Assembly: GCA_951406725.2 (NCBI GenBank)
Contig: OX597818.1
Span: forward strand, 84,940,001-85,004,000
Direction: 5' to 3'
Length of the DNA: 64,000 bases
From: Octopus vulgaris
Taxonomy: Eukaryota
Shown here in pieces: positions 1-13,558 of the stretch. Positions within the stretch are counted from its first letter, which is position 1, and each line of letters starts with the position of its first letter. The notes under the pieces are model-generated. The model did not search any database. It saw only the letters and a program-made list of their open reading frames with translations, and had not been told where the DNA came from. The position numbers and the translations under genes were made by a program.

Positions 1-487
1 TTAGGATAAGACTTGTTTCATTATATATCGTGAAATGTGCGCAGCTGCAACAGTGATAATAACGATCAATATATGTACTTGAAATATCTTTAAATTGAAA
101 TAACCACGTGTATAACATTTATAATGTATACGCAAAAGTAAACCAGCGCTAGCTGTAATATTTTGTTGCGTAGAGACTTCTCAAGAACACAGTCTTCCTT
201 AGGACGTCGTCAGAGTATCGTCAGTCGACAGTATTTCGACTTGATTTGGCCACCTCAATGACGAGCATGCCTAGATATCACGAATTAGGTCCAAATATTC
301 ATTCCGATATAGAAATCGGCAAACAAAACATTCGCTGATTTGTTCGAATGAACAAATTATATCAATACACGCACTTGAAACAGTATTTGTTCTGCATGTA
401 AGAGCTCCTATTTTATTATGCCGGCTACAGCCTAATGATACCAGCTGCCAATAACAGTTTTTGTGGGTTGCGCCGAGTTGTGCCGAT

Positions 488-517
488 ATAATAATAATAA
501 TATTGATAATAATAATG

Positions 518-584
<67 letters not shown>

Positions 585-699
585 TATTATTAATAATAAC
601 AACAACAACAACAATAATAATAATAATAACAACAACAACAACAGCAACAACAACAGCAATAATAATAATAATAATAATAATAACAACAACAACAACAAC

Positions 700-761
<62 letters not shown>

Positions 762-773
762 TGATGATGATGA
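488..773. repeat. Compound (AAT)n/(AAC)n/(GAT)n microsatellite, representative of dozens of (TA)n, (CA)n, (TATG)n, (TAGA)n and triplet arrays in the window
   Basis: Directly visible; explains the poly-N/I/L ORFs. Confidence 0.98.
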
Positions 774-986
774 TCCACGGATGGAATTTATAAATATTTT
801 AATGCATCATTACGCGCCATATCGCCCGAAGAAATGATTGCATGAATATGATCCACCCGATGTCCATGGATACTACGGACTGTCCTGTAACCATTCCAGG
901 AGTACTAACTATGATCTCAAGAAACATGCGATTTGTGGAAACTCGCGTAGCGAAGCATTAAAATATTTATAAATTCCCTCCATGGA
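774..986. mobile_element. Small MITE-like element with ~43-bp terminal inverted repeats
   Basis: 774-816 tccacggatggaatttataaatattttaatgcatcattacgcg versus reverse complement of 944-986 tccatggagggaatttataaatattttaatgcttcgctacgcg; no TSD readable because the flanks are simple repeats. Confidence 0.6.
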
Positions 987-999
987 ATATTATTAGTAT

Positions 1000-1053
<54 letters not shown>

Positions 1054-1220
1054 CATGCTTCAAATTACTCCTATAAATACAAACTCGCAACGATCTCAAT
1101 GCTTTCCTACGATTTCCACGAACTCAACGATTCCTCTCGTCTCAGCCAATATGCTACTCTTTATAAGAGTTCGACTAGTCCATTCTTCCAATTCCACAGG
1201 GTGTCAATGACTCTCGCCAT

Positions 1221-1261
<41 letters not shown>

Positions 1262-2282
1262 ATATACAAATCTAAAACACCACTATTTTTAATATCGTAT
1301 ACGATTAATATTCGTTTTGTATAGTCATAATAGCCAAATTTGTTTTTGTACATTCTCAACTTCATTTGCTTCCATTTCTAATATCTGTATTATTTGCCCA
1401 TAAAACGAAAAATAGCATTTTTGTGGTAGCTGTCACTGATCAAGTATTGATTGTTGATAGACAATAATTAGATTAGGTCACACGTATCATTTCTTTCGCT
1501 TCCACTCAACTCCAGTAACATATCTAGAAGTCTACATTGTATTATCCATTCATGTTAAGTCATTGGGTGCAAAATATACTAAAGGCAGAAAATTCTAAGA
1601 GAGCTTGATTTGAAATCACGACGTAAATGTGATTAACTTAATATTACCAAACATTTTATCTAGCACAATATCTGTTTTGGCATTTCAAGGCACTGTCACA
1701 ACTTCGTCACCTCCCTCGTTTTGTCAGAGTCGTTGAAAAACGATATTTACGCGCTAAACTTTACCGCCAAAATCTATAAAGTAGAATGATGACCGAAATA
1801 AATTTGGCTTCGTATTTCAATGAGTGAAATAGATAACATGTTAAAACATGCGGTTGGGAGTTTATTATTACATCGTTGCCTTGTACATAAACACAGACAC
1901 ATATGCACGCACACACACACATACACACACACATATGCACGCATACACACACACTCTCACACACACACAAGAAAATAAAGAAAGATAAACGGAAAGACAG
2001 ACTGACAAGAAAGCGTGTACATGTGTCACCATTTACAGTGACATACAAAAGGTGTCTATAGTACTTAGAGTGAATATGAGAGTACATAAGCCCTCAAATA
2101 GTGGCTATCTGCCCTCTCCTACTCTCAGTAAACATTCACACTGTGTCAGTGATAACATAACTATATTGCAATAATCTAATTTTAGATGTTGCTCATGTTA
2201 CTGTTAAAGTTGCTGTTGTTGTTGTTGTCGTTGATGATATCATCGTTGTTTCTTATTGTTCTTATTTTTATTATTCTCGTTA

Positions 2283-3072
2283 AAGCCGCGAGATGGCAGA
2301 ATTGTTAGCACACCGGAAAAAAATGATTAACAGCATTTCTTCCGGCTTTACGTTCTTACTTCAAATTCCGTGGAGGTTAGCTTTACCTTTCATCCCTTCG
2401 GTATCGATAAATATCAGTTGAACACTGACCTCAATCTAATCCACTAACACCCCCCCTCCATCCTCCAAATTTTCATGCTTTGTACCTTTAGTAGAAAGGA
2501 TTATTATTATTAAGGTTGCAAGCTGGCAGAATTGTTTTCGCGTTGGACAAAATGCTTAGCAGTATTTCGCCCGTCGCTACGTTCTGAGTTCAAAATTCTG
2601 CCGAGATCGACTTTTATTTTTTTGAGGTCGATAAATTATGTACCAGTGGAGTACTGGGGTTGATGTAATCGATTTACACCACCACCCCTACACACAGTAT
2701 AGTAGAACGGGTTATTACTATTATTATTATAGGTTGTTGATTGGCAGAATTGTTAGAGCACTTTACGTTCTTCCATCACTTTACGTTCTGAGTTCAAATT
2801 CCCCCAAGACTTTTCCACTAAGACTCTCAAAGTGGATAAAAAAGAGTACCAGTTGGGCACTGGGGTTGATATGATCGATTTAATCCCTTCTACAAACAGA
2901 AACTTGCTAGCTTTGTGATAAAAATTTGAAACCATTAAATGCGGTGAGCTGACAAAATCGTTAAGATGCCGGGCAAAATGTTTAGCGGCATTTCGTCCAT
3001 CTTTACGTTTTGAGTTCAAATTCTGCCGAAATGTGCATTGCCTTTCATCCTTTTGGAATTGATAAAATAAGT
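2283..3072 (+). mobile_element. Four head-to-tail copies of tRNA-derived SINE family A (Meta-domain-like core)
   Basis: Repeated ggcgagctggcagaatcgttagca head, gagttcaaattcc B-box and core gcctttcatcctttcggggtcgataaaataagtaccag. Confidence 0.85.
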
Positions 3073-3079
3073 AAAGGGT

Positions 3080-3406
3080 AAAGACCCCCTTCGGTCGTGA
3101 ATGACCATGGGATTGCACCTAGAACGTTACCCTCCTAGACACAAATCCGGGCAAGGTTGTTTATGGAAGACCAGCAGTCGCCCATGCATACCAGCTTCCC
3201 CTCTCCACGCCACCAGTGTTATCCAAGGGAAAGACAAAGGCTGATACAGCTTGGCACCAGTGACGTCGCAACTCATTTCTACAGCTGAGTGAACTGGAGC
3301 AACGTGAAATAAAGTGCCTTGCTCAAGAACACAACACGCAGCCCGGTCCGGGATTCGAGCTCACAACCTCATGATCGTAAGCTCGACGCTCTAACCACTG
3401 AGCCAT
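3080..3406 (-). mobile_element. tRNA-derived SINE family C (CORE-like), inserted into a family A SINE
   Basis: Minus strand starts ggctcagtggttagagcg (A box), has a B-box-like gagctcgaatccc, then cttgagcaaggcacttt; a second copy lies at 60408-60730. Confidence 0.85.
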
Positions 3407-3646
3407 TACCAGTCTAGTAATCGGGTTGATGTAGTAGATTTGCCCCTCTTCTCAAAAGCTGGAAAAGTTTATTTACTAATTCTGTTGTGTCTGGGGAGAG
3501 TCATTTTCTTTTTGTGCCTTATAATGTAACACTCTCACCGGTAAAATTTCCACTTACTTCTTATTTTTATTTTCCTAAAATTTTTGTTGCGTCTTGCAAC
3601 CTTTTCAATTATCTAAATAACTTTACACCGAATCAGTCTATTAAAC

Positions 3647-4160
3647 CAGTGGTTCTCAATCATTTCTTATCTCTGGACCCCTTTGATTACTATTTTATTC
3701 TGAACCCGCCCCACCACAGCCATTCGATGTTTAAAAACTAGTTTTATAGAAACTTCTTTCAAAATTCATATTTTTCACACATTAACTTGTTTAGGTTCAA
3801 CTATGTAAAATGTTAGAGAAACCTAACTATTTCTTATTTCTTTACTGCCCACAAGGGGCTAAACACAGAGAGGACAAACAAGGACAGACAAACGGATTAA
3901 GTCGATTTTATCGCCCCCAGTGCGTAACTGGTACTTATTTAATCGACCCCGAAAGGATGAAAGGCAAAGTCGACCTCATCGGAATTTGAACTCAGAGCGT
4001 AGCGGCAGACGAAATACCGCTAAGCATTTCGCCCGGCGTGCTAACATTTCTGCCAGCTCGCAATCTAACTGTTTCTAATAATATGTACCAATACATACAA
4101 CTAAAGCAAAATATTTTCAGGGGCCCTCAAAATACTATTGCGGATCTCCAGTTTACTATT
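3647..4160. mobile_element. hAT-type MITE, interrupted by a minus-strand family A SINE (~3833-4060)
   Basis: Begins cagtggttctcaa and aligns with the intact copy at 52301-52635; ctaact(a/g)tttct is repeated on both sides of the SINE. Confidence 0.8.
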
Positions 4161-4867
4161 CTGTTGCGTTTAAATATTTTAGAACCGTATTCACTAGTGA
4201 TGGGAAGTAAGAAACCGAACTGGATGCTAGAATTGCAGGTGTTGGCACAATAATGGGCCCGTTTCAGCATTCGGTTTTAGGTACATATGCTACACTCACT
4301 GTCTTCAGGTCGGTCCATTATACCTTAAATTTACTTAATTCACATGTTCATACGCAAAAATTATACATAAGACCTCTTATTTTTCTTATATTTGTTGGGT
4401 AATTCGACCTTGTTATGCAGTGACTTAGAATAGGGCGAGATTATCTTAGTTGAAACATATTTGGTCATAGATTTCATAACTTAGGATGAAGCACGGTAAC
4501 AACACAATTCTAAGATATGATCGAATTGCTGTGTCGAAGGCTATAAAGGGACAGCGGGTCAAGGTTTACAATAGATATGTGGTGTGGGCGAATAAGAGAG
4601 GTGGGTAGATAGATGGAGAGGAAATACGCAGTTTAATCGATACAGGTAGAGACAGATGGAAGGAGAGAGAGAGAGAGAGAGAAAATGAGTGGGAGCGAGA
4701 GCAATATAGCTTAAAAAGGAGAGAGAGATACAGAGAGAAAAGAGAGAGAAAAACATGAAGAAGTTCAAGTGTGAATCTTATCTGTAAGTGGTTGATAAGA
4801 AGAATTTAAGGACACCGTTAGAAGAAAGGAGTAGGAAGAGATGAGAAGAGCAGGAAGAAGAGGAAGA

Positions 4868-4911
<44 letters not shown>

Positions 4912-5373
4912 GTGAAGGCGGAGGATATTATCAGCAACAACAACAACGATAACAGTAAATGTATTTATGTGACATTGAACTAAAAAGTTACTTCATGAGG
5001 CTGATTTTATCACCCTCGTACATGCACGCAATATATCGTTACACCACAAACACACACACACACGCATATACACACACACGCACATATATATATAGAAATA
5101 TATATATATAAGGAAGAAAAAGAAATTAACATATTGTGGGAGTTAGAAGTATTTATTCGCAAACTGATTTTCAACTCCATATGATTCGTTGATTGCTAGA
5201 CCAGAATAGTCGCTTAATTCATCATGTCACGACTCCTGTGTGTGTATATATATATATATTATTATTATATTATTATATTATATTTTACACACACACACAT
5301 ACACACATACATATAGAAATGTATGTATGTATGTATGTATGTATGTATGTATGTATGTATGTATGTATGTATG

Positions 5374-5429
<56 letters not shown>

Positions 5430-6380
5430 CAGCAAAAATAAATATAAATGCAGTGCTAAAAAGTGGAGAAGCATTGTACGAGTTGGGAGTGAGGTCCTCA
5501 AGAAGCACTCTCTGCCTGATGATCTCCTATACGGCCCCAAAGCAGCTGGGCTCTCTTACCTCAGAGAAGACCTGAATGGAAAGCACTCAGCATACAAAAT
5601 AAAAAGACTATGCATAGCTATGTTGCCCGGCAGCTTGAAGAAGACAGTACAATTGACACGAAGTGCATCCTCTCTTGGACACAAGACCTCTACATCACAT
5701 CACATATTGAAGGCTATGCGTTTGCAATCCAGGAACAGGAGATTGCCACAAAGTACCTGGTGAACAAGAGTGACAGTGACGCACTTGTAATCCCAAAGAG
5801 CAACCGCATGTGTTGGTTATGTCATGTTCCTGTGGAAGACATCACGCAGCTGTCTTAAAATGTCGTCACGATTCTACCTCCCTATGAGGCACGATGTTGT
5901 TGCTAAAACAATTTATAATTCCATTCGCAAAAAAGACAGTCCTAAAATAAACTTAGAAAATCCCTCTGCTATGGAATACATTCATAAACACCAACTTAAG
6001 GAATACTAGTAGAATATTTCCATCAAACTTCTGTCAAATGTAAACATAACAGGCCGGATATTGCTGTTTGAGATAAAAGGGCAAAGGTATGTACAATCAT
6101 AAATGTCAGCTGCCCTGCAGATATAAATATTTCTTTGAAAATCAAAGTGAAATAGGATATCTATGGACAACTGCTTCCAAACCTCCAGCTTCTATATCCA
6201 GGCTATGAATTCATATTCATATCAATAATAATTGGAGCACTAGGTTTTGTTAGTAAATGCTTTGAAGAGAATCTGGATAAACTGGGATTTTCAGAAAGAG
6301 AGATCGATCGGCTAATTCGTACACTACAAGTGAGTGAAACAGTAAGAATAAGCAAGACTTTTCTCAAATTCCAAATGTGA
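5430..6380 (+). pseudogene. Degenerate 3' part of an RLE-type non-LTR retrotransposon
   Basis: Broken frames give IEGYAFAIQEQEIATKY, CWLCHVPVEDITQ (zinc-knuckle remnant), RHDVVAK, HNRPDI and IIIGALG. Confidence 0.85.
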
Positions 6381-6677
6381 ATTTGTCTGTCTTAACTACA
6401 TCTCAAAGATGGAGCCTTGCATCTTTCTTGGAAACATATCTACATTGTGTGTGTATGTGTGTGTATGTGAATGTGTGTGTGTGTGCGTGCATGCCCGCTT
6501 CAGTGAGTGCATAAGAACGCGCACTGGCACAAATATCGATAAAATTCAGGAAACCCATGTGAATGTTAAGCAAAAAAAAAATAGTGGACGGGAGGAGTTT
6601 CCAAAATGGCCAGATCTCAAAAGGAAAAGAGTACATACATACACGTACAGACACACTCGCACATGTATACATACATT

Positions 6678-6726
<49 letters not shown>

Positions 6727-6761
6727 ACACGCATACATCCTTATATACATACATACATACA

Positions 6762-6821
<60 letters not shown>

Positions 6822-6829
6822 TTCTCCCT

Positions 6830-6860
<31 letters not shown>

Positions 6861-7316
6861 CATACATATGTATGTATATATACATACTTATACAAAACAC
6901 ACATATACAAACACACACACACACACATATAGATAAATAGATATATAGATAGATTTGATTGTATATATACAATACACAGAATCACGTGTATGTATGTGTA
7001 AGTGTGTGTGTGTTTGTATATGTGTGTTTGTGTGTGTGTGTGCGTAAGTGTGTGTTTGTGCGTTTAAAGCTCTCATAGAATTCTAGAATTCTCTGCCTGT
7101 TGTATATTTTGCACTGAATGAACCAACAAGAATGGATAATATAACGCAGAACTCCAGACATGTTATTGGAGTTGAGTGAATGCAAAAGAAATGTTACGTG
7201 TGACCTAGTCATATTACTGTCTATCATCGATCAATACTTGATCAGTGATAGACATGACGCTATCATCGACTGTATAGGTATGCATGTGTATGAGTGTACA
7301 TACATACATACCTGCA

Positions 7317-7433
<117 letters not shown>

Positions 7434-7731
7434 CATTATTATTATTATTATTAATATTACTATTATTACCATTATTATTATTATTACTATTATTACTACT
7501 GCTGCTACTGCTACTACTACTACTATTACTACTACTACTACTACTATTTTGCATGAAGTTATGTATGTATTTAGGTATGTAGGTAGGCTTCTTTCGTTTT
7601 CTATATTCTTTGAATTTTTAATCTAAGGAAAAGGTCGTGGTGGGGCGGATTCTATCTGGGAAACAAGTCTCCATCTCTGGAATGTTATAAATGTATGTAG
7701 GTACGCGTAGGCATATACATACATACATACA

Positions 7732-7783
<52 letters not shown>

Positions 7784-8469
7784 CACGCGCGCATTGGCAT
7801 TCCTATGCATCTGTATGCATGTGGATGGCTGTGAATGAATGTAAGCATGTATGTACACACTTATGCATATATGCATGAATGCATGTATGCATGTATGTAT
7901 GTATGTATGCGCACATATAAAGATTTATATATCGCCTGACGTTCACAATTTCGTTTGCCTGTTGGAAGCTCTCATCTAAGGCAACAGAAGGGGAAAAGCA
8001 TAAACCTCTCAACTTCTACATCTCTCCAAACTGCTACTAAACCACCCAACAACTTCCATTAAGTAAGAACTTAACTACCATTCTCATATATAGCACAGAG
8101 AAATAGAATCCACCAAGGGAATTATGTTAGCCTGCTAGAAATAACAACCCATTCTCTTAAGTCATATGATTTATAAAAAGAGAACATATTGGTTAATTAA
8201 ATGTTACGTAAATTGTATCTGATGAAATACTATAGCTACCGAAGAGGTGATTTGCACAATTATATAACGTTTCAACGGTTATTATGCAATTATGACGCAA
8301 TTCGTTGAAATGCAAGTATGTCCTATAAAGCACTGAATACCATGTTTGTTTTCTAGTAGTGCCATTTCTAAATATCCCGGGACATAGCTGACTAGAAGCT
8401 AAAGAACAATAGATCGCCACTGTAAGAGGAATCTGCACAGCTTGTCGGGAGAGTTAATATTAAATTGGT

Positions 8470-8915
8470 GGAAGGTGGTGAACTGACGCAATTGTTAGCA
8501 CGTCGAGCATAATGTTTGGTGGTATTTCGTCCGTCTTTACGTTCTAAGTTCAAATTCCGCCGAGGTCGACTGTGCCTTTCATCCTTTCGGAGTCAATAAA
8601 CTAAGTACCTGTTGAATACTGGGATCGATGTCATTAAGTTACCCCCTCCCCGAAATTGGTGGCCTTGTGCCAAAATTTGAAACCAATATTAACTTGGTAG
8701 AAGGCGGTGAACTGGTAGAATCGTTAGCACGCCGGGAAAATGCTTAGCGACATTTCGTTCGTCTTTACGTTCTGAGTTCAAATTGCGCTGAGGTCGACTT
8801 TGTCTCTCATCTTTTCGGTGTCTTTAAAATAAGAACCGGTTCAACACTAGTGTCGATGGGATCGACTTATCCCCTTCCCCAAAATTGCTGGCCTTGTAAC
8901 AAAATTAGAAATTAA
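8470..8915 (+). mobile_element. Two tandem family A SINEs
   Basis: Same head, B-box and core as 2283-3072. Confidence 0.85.
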
Positions 8916-9663
8916 TATTAACTTGGTGGCGAGAGGAGCAGAGATGAATGAGTGTTCAGCGTTGAAGTGACGTGAAACCAACAAGACCCGAAGAGATACA
9001 ATGGCCGATGTCGTCGCAGTAGAAAAGACAGAATAAGGAAGTGTAATATATTCAAGATAGAGAGTCTAGTGTAATGGTCGGCAATATTATGCTCGTCAAT
9101 CGAGTGAGATTTTGTTTGTTTGGATGAGAACTTGGATGTCTGAGTGTGTTGCAGCAACCCCGTCAACATTGTAGGAGTTGTATTTCATTTTGGATTGTTT
9201 TTCATATTTGCCAGGGGTTGGTGTTTCTGGCGATCTTTGGTTCTTGCCACGTGATGCTGATGTTTATTAAAAAGTGAAGGACAATGTTTTCTTGAATTGT
9301 GTAGTGATTATTATGACCGTCTTACGGAAAGAGGCAAGATTGTCACGACGCCATTATGGGATATGTTAACGATTTCTTTTCAAAGAATCAGTGCTGTTGT
9401 GGCTTGAGGCGTCTAAAGTGCATGTGGATAAGGCTGTAGCGCAAACGTTGAAAGAAGAATAAAAGGTTGTACCGTTTGCAGAGAATGAAATGTTGTCGAT
9501 GGTGGTGGACAAAGAATCATGCACACCTATATGTGTATGTCTCTGTATGTGTGCTTGTGCGTGCGTGAGAGTGTGTATGTGTGTGTTAATACACACATAT
9601 AAACACATGTACCATCATATATACGCTTTCTGTCCTCTTTTCGCATCCCATTAACTCCGTTCT

Positions 9664-9750
<87 letters not shown>

Positions 9751-9881
9751 ATAAAGAAGCACAAAGATATGTATGTGTATAATATAAGGATAGGTTAGAA
9801 TTGTTAACATACTAATGACTCCTGCCATTAAAAACCACAGTTACTTTTCATGTAACACACACACACACGCGCGTATATATG

Positions 9882-9976
<95 letters not shown>

Positions 9977-9979
<3 letters not shown>

Positions 9980-10478
9980 GTGTCCCTAAAGTTGCTATGC
10001 AGTTAGTCTGGAAACAAATCTATAATACGGTTGATGAAGAATATGTAAGAAGTCCAAAGAAATCAATTCGCCGTCATAGTTCAGAAATTGGTATCAAAGG
10101 AACACTACTTAAAATATTTACAAAACTTAATATGAAACCTTACATTCCGTGCTTCTAGAGGATGATACTAATCTCAGGTCTCAATTTTGTGAACAATTTG
10201 TAAGCCAGAAGAAGCCAAAAGGTACTGAAGATTTTCAGCAGTTCATTATTGATGCATTTGCTAACCTTGATCAAGACTTGTGTACCAGAGTTTGCCACAG
10301 TGAGATTTCACGTTGTCAAGAATGCATTGAGGCTTACAATTTAAGCATTTATCATAACTGTAGTAAATGAAATAGATTGCCTGTATTGTTACGATATTTT
10401 CTGATGTAATACCTATTTTTTAATCTTTTTAGTCTAACCATGATATTTCTTCATTGCAAATTACTGTATAGTAGGGAC

Positions 10479-10483
<5 letters not shown>
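9977..10483 (+). mobile_element. Internally deleted Tc1/mariner-superfamily element inside (TA)n
   Basis: Termini ggtgtcccta / tagggacacc; peptides RSPKKSIRR...MKPY and DLCTRVCHSEISRCQECIEA resemble transposase N- and C-terminal parts with the catalytic core deleted. Confidence 0.75.
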
Positions 10484-10566
<83 letters not shown>

Positions 10567-10620
10567 TGTATGTATGTATGTATGCATGCATGTATGTATG
10601 TATGTATGTATGTGTGTATG

Positions 10621-10663
<43 letters not shown>

Positions 10664-10665
<2 letters not shown>

Positions 10666-10905
10666 CAAAATTAAGGAACGGCCATAATAGGCCGTTCAAC
10701 CCACTAGAAATAGCAGCTAAGGCTTCAACTGCAAAAAAGTATTAATTCCGTAAACAAGGAGAAAATTTTTTAAACATTTACAAATTTTTAAAAATTTTTT
10801 TAATTTTCTCCTTGTTTACGGAATTAATACTTTTTTGCGGTTGAAGCCTTAGCTGCTATTTCTAGTGGGTTGAACGACCTATTATGGCCGTTCCTTAATT
10901 TTGCT
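10664..10905. repeat. Near-perfect long inverted repeat (104-bp arms, 34-bp AT-rich spacer)
   Basis: 10664-10767 is the reverse complement of 10802-10905, with two mismatches by eye. Confidence 0.95.
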
Positions 10906-11000
10906 GTTGAATTTATTAATAGTCTTTGACTATTTCCTTTTTCCCACTAGACCGCTGGTGGCAAATAATTTCTGCTGAATTTTTTGCTACCCTATATTGA

Positions 11001-11061
<61 letters not shown>

Positions 11062-11248
11062 TGTATGTATGTATGTATGTATGTATGTATATATGTATGT
11101 ATTACAGGTTTCTACGCAGTTTCCATTTATCAAAGCGATAATAGATTACACCAATCGCTCCAGGTGCTGCGCATTGGGTCTGAGCTAGAATCCACGTTGC
11201 TGTGAAATGAATGAACACGTTAACCACATAGCCATGTCTGCGCCTAGC

Positions 11249-11351
<103 letters not shown>

Positions 11352-11740
11352 CTTTTATCTTTTACTTGTTTCAGTCATTAGACTGTGGCCAAGTCTTGAA
11401 GAATTTTTAGTCGAACGAATCAGATCCATACTTTTTCTTTTAGTCTTGTAGTTATTCTACTTATTCTACTTATTACCGAATCGCTCCGTAACGGGGGCAT
11501 AAACAAAGCAACACCAGTAATCAACTGGTGGTGAGGAGTAATCGTAGGCACAAGAGTCACTCACCTGCATACACACGCACACACACACACGACGGGTTTC
11601 TTTGAGTCTGCGTCTCCCAAATTCACTTACAAAGCTTTGGTCGGCCCAAGTATATAGTAAAAGACACTTACCCAAGGTGTCACGCAATCGGACTGAACCA
11701 TGTGGTTAAGAAGTAAACCTTTTACAATACAGCCACGCCT
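11352..11740 (-). mobile_element. tRNA-derived SINE family B (fragments also at ~11100-11245, 13560-13770 and 18180-18340)
   Basis: Minus strand ggcgtggctgt...ggttcagtcc...accttggg(c/t)aagtgtctt, internal CA/TG tract, tail atgactgaaacaagtaaaaga. Confidence 0.85.
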
Positions 11741-11805
11741 TCATATTGATATGCATTATATCATATTACATACAGACGTCCCACTGTCCTCTTATTTGTT
11801 TATAT

Positions 11806-12306
11806 CAGGTGTCACCAAACTTTTTTCACGACGGGCCAGATAACTGAGAGAATGACAAACGCGAGCCGCATAACCATTTTGCTTAATACAATACAGTGAA
11901 TACACAAAAAATAAAGACAACCAACGTATTTACTTACTAGAAGTCATCGAAGAAAGCCACGTTAGCAATAAGATAGTTATATTGAATCCCAGTGCACACA
12001 TATACAAATCTCACAAACTAATCAGCAAAAGAGGTTAGCGAGATTTGTGAAAACGGTGTTTAGTTTTTGAGATATCATCAAAAATTGCCCTGGAATTGCT
12101 GCATCCAACCAAGAGAATTGCTTTCAAATGTTTATCAGTCAAACTCGTTCGATGTGTTGATTTCACATACTTTAGTTTTGTAAACGTTTGCTCACAGACA
12201 TAAGTTGTTTCAAACACTGATGCCATACCAGAGGCAAATGAAAAGGTACGGTGCGGCGGCAGACAGAATGAACTGACCTCGCAGGCCGTAGTTTGGTGCC
12301 CTCCTG
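11806..12306 (-). mobile_element. Deleted hAT (Charlie/GTF2IRD2-like) element keeping the transposase C-terminus
   Basis: TIRs caggtgtcaccaaac / gtttggtgccctcctg; 8-bp TSD gtttatat / gttgatat (7 of 8); ORF 12035-12226 FETTYVCEQTFTKLKYVKSTHRTSLTD resembles the hAT dimerisation region. Confidence 0.85.
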
Positions 12307-12315
12307 GTTGATATA

Positions 12316-13257
12316 CCGTAAATTCTCGAGTATAGTCCGCCCTTGGATATAATACACAGGGGATTTTTAGGGGGCTGTACTTCTGAAAAACCTAAACCTT
12401 GTGTATCATACGCACCCCTTCTCTAACTTGAGTCAAGAAGGTGTATAAAACATCCTTGGCTTGTAAAATGTATACGGTAACGTCCTTTATTATTATTGTA
12501 TATATAACAATGCAAACGTGTAGCTTTTTTGTGCATTTTGTTTGGAGAAAATAAAGAAATAACAATGATAACGTCAGTGAAAAATAAAAATATTAAGTAA
12601 ATTGCCTTTACATATTTATTACGATTAGTTACAAAAGCAAAAGCAAAAACATTTATTCAAATCCTTCAAATTCAACGTCACTTTCAGCATCAAATAACTG
12701 TTCCATTTGTTCCTCCGTGAACATGTTAGCATCATTGTAGTGTAAATCTCCGTCATCGTCAGATTCATAGTCAACATCGGAAGATTCACTTTCATTTATT
12801 TCATCTTTCCATACAACGTCATCCTGAGTACCATCCAGTGCAGACAATATACAACATTTGATAAAACTTTTCACAATAATCTGGGGATCAATTTCTTTCC
12901 ATGCATACACGATCCATTTGCATATCAAAGTCAGGTCGGGAGCGCGAAATATGTTTGTAAATATGCTTGCAAATTGTTTTCGTTGCATGTTATTCTGTGT
13001 TCTGAATACTTTTATTTTAATAAATGTTGCTTACTGCAAGTTATGGATTATTCTTTTATGACTTTATTGCTTTCAGTCTTAGCTTAAGGTATTTTCGTGT
13101 CCGACATCACAAAATGCGTCTGAATAAACATTGCCGGACAGCAAATAGAGACTCGGACATTCCTTAGCAAATATTTTTCATTTTTAATCTAGTACGCACT
13201 AGGGATTTTGACCTTTAAATTTTGGGGAAAAAATGCGGATTATACACCAGGATTTAC
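12316..13257 (-). mobile_element. Deleted pogo/Tigger-like element
   Basis: TA|ccgtaaattctcgagtatagtccgc versus gcggattatacaccaggatttac; ORF 12653-12988 WIVYAWKEIDPQIIVKSFIKCCILSALDGTQDD plus acidic tail, typical of pogo transposase C-termini. Confidence 0.85.
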
Positions 13258-13298
<41 letters not shown>

Positions 13299-13518
13299 TA
13301 TGTGTGTGTGTATTATGTGTAAGATAAAAGAGATGACAAAACAATACACGATTATCTTATGAACAGCTGTGTTCGCTATCAGATGCAGGGGACTCATATC
13401 TGAGTGCCCGAGTAATATGTACGTATGTATATATGAATATATGTGTGTGTGTGTGTATGTAAATGTGCGTAGTTAAAGAAGAATATGTGAATGCATGTAC
13501 ACGCAGACACACATACAC

Positions 13519-13558
<40 letters not shown>

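Noticed and set aside
432-837. Poly-[17 protein letters not shown] and SIYL ORFs here and throughout the track
   Set aside because: Translations of microsatellites that lack stops in some frames; no coding evidence
3335-3406. tRNA gene suggested by A and B boxes (also the heads of SINE families A and B)
   Set aside because: No complete cloverleaf seen; the sequence continues into a SINE core and tail
4212-4278. pre-miRNA-like hairpin (aaaccgaa...ttcggttt)
   Set aside because: Only about 13 paired bases with a large bulge and loop
8920-9520. Possible decayed retroelement coding fragments (also 29830-30260)
   Set aside because: Composition is suggestive but I found no diagnostic motif; needs a profile search
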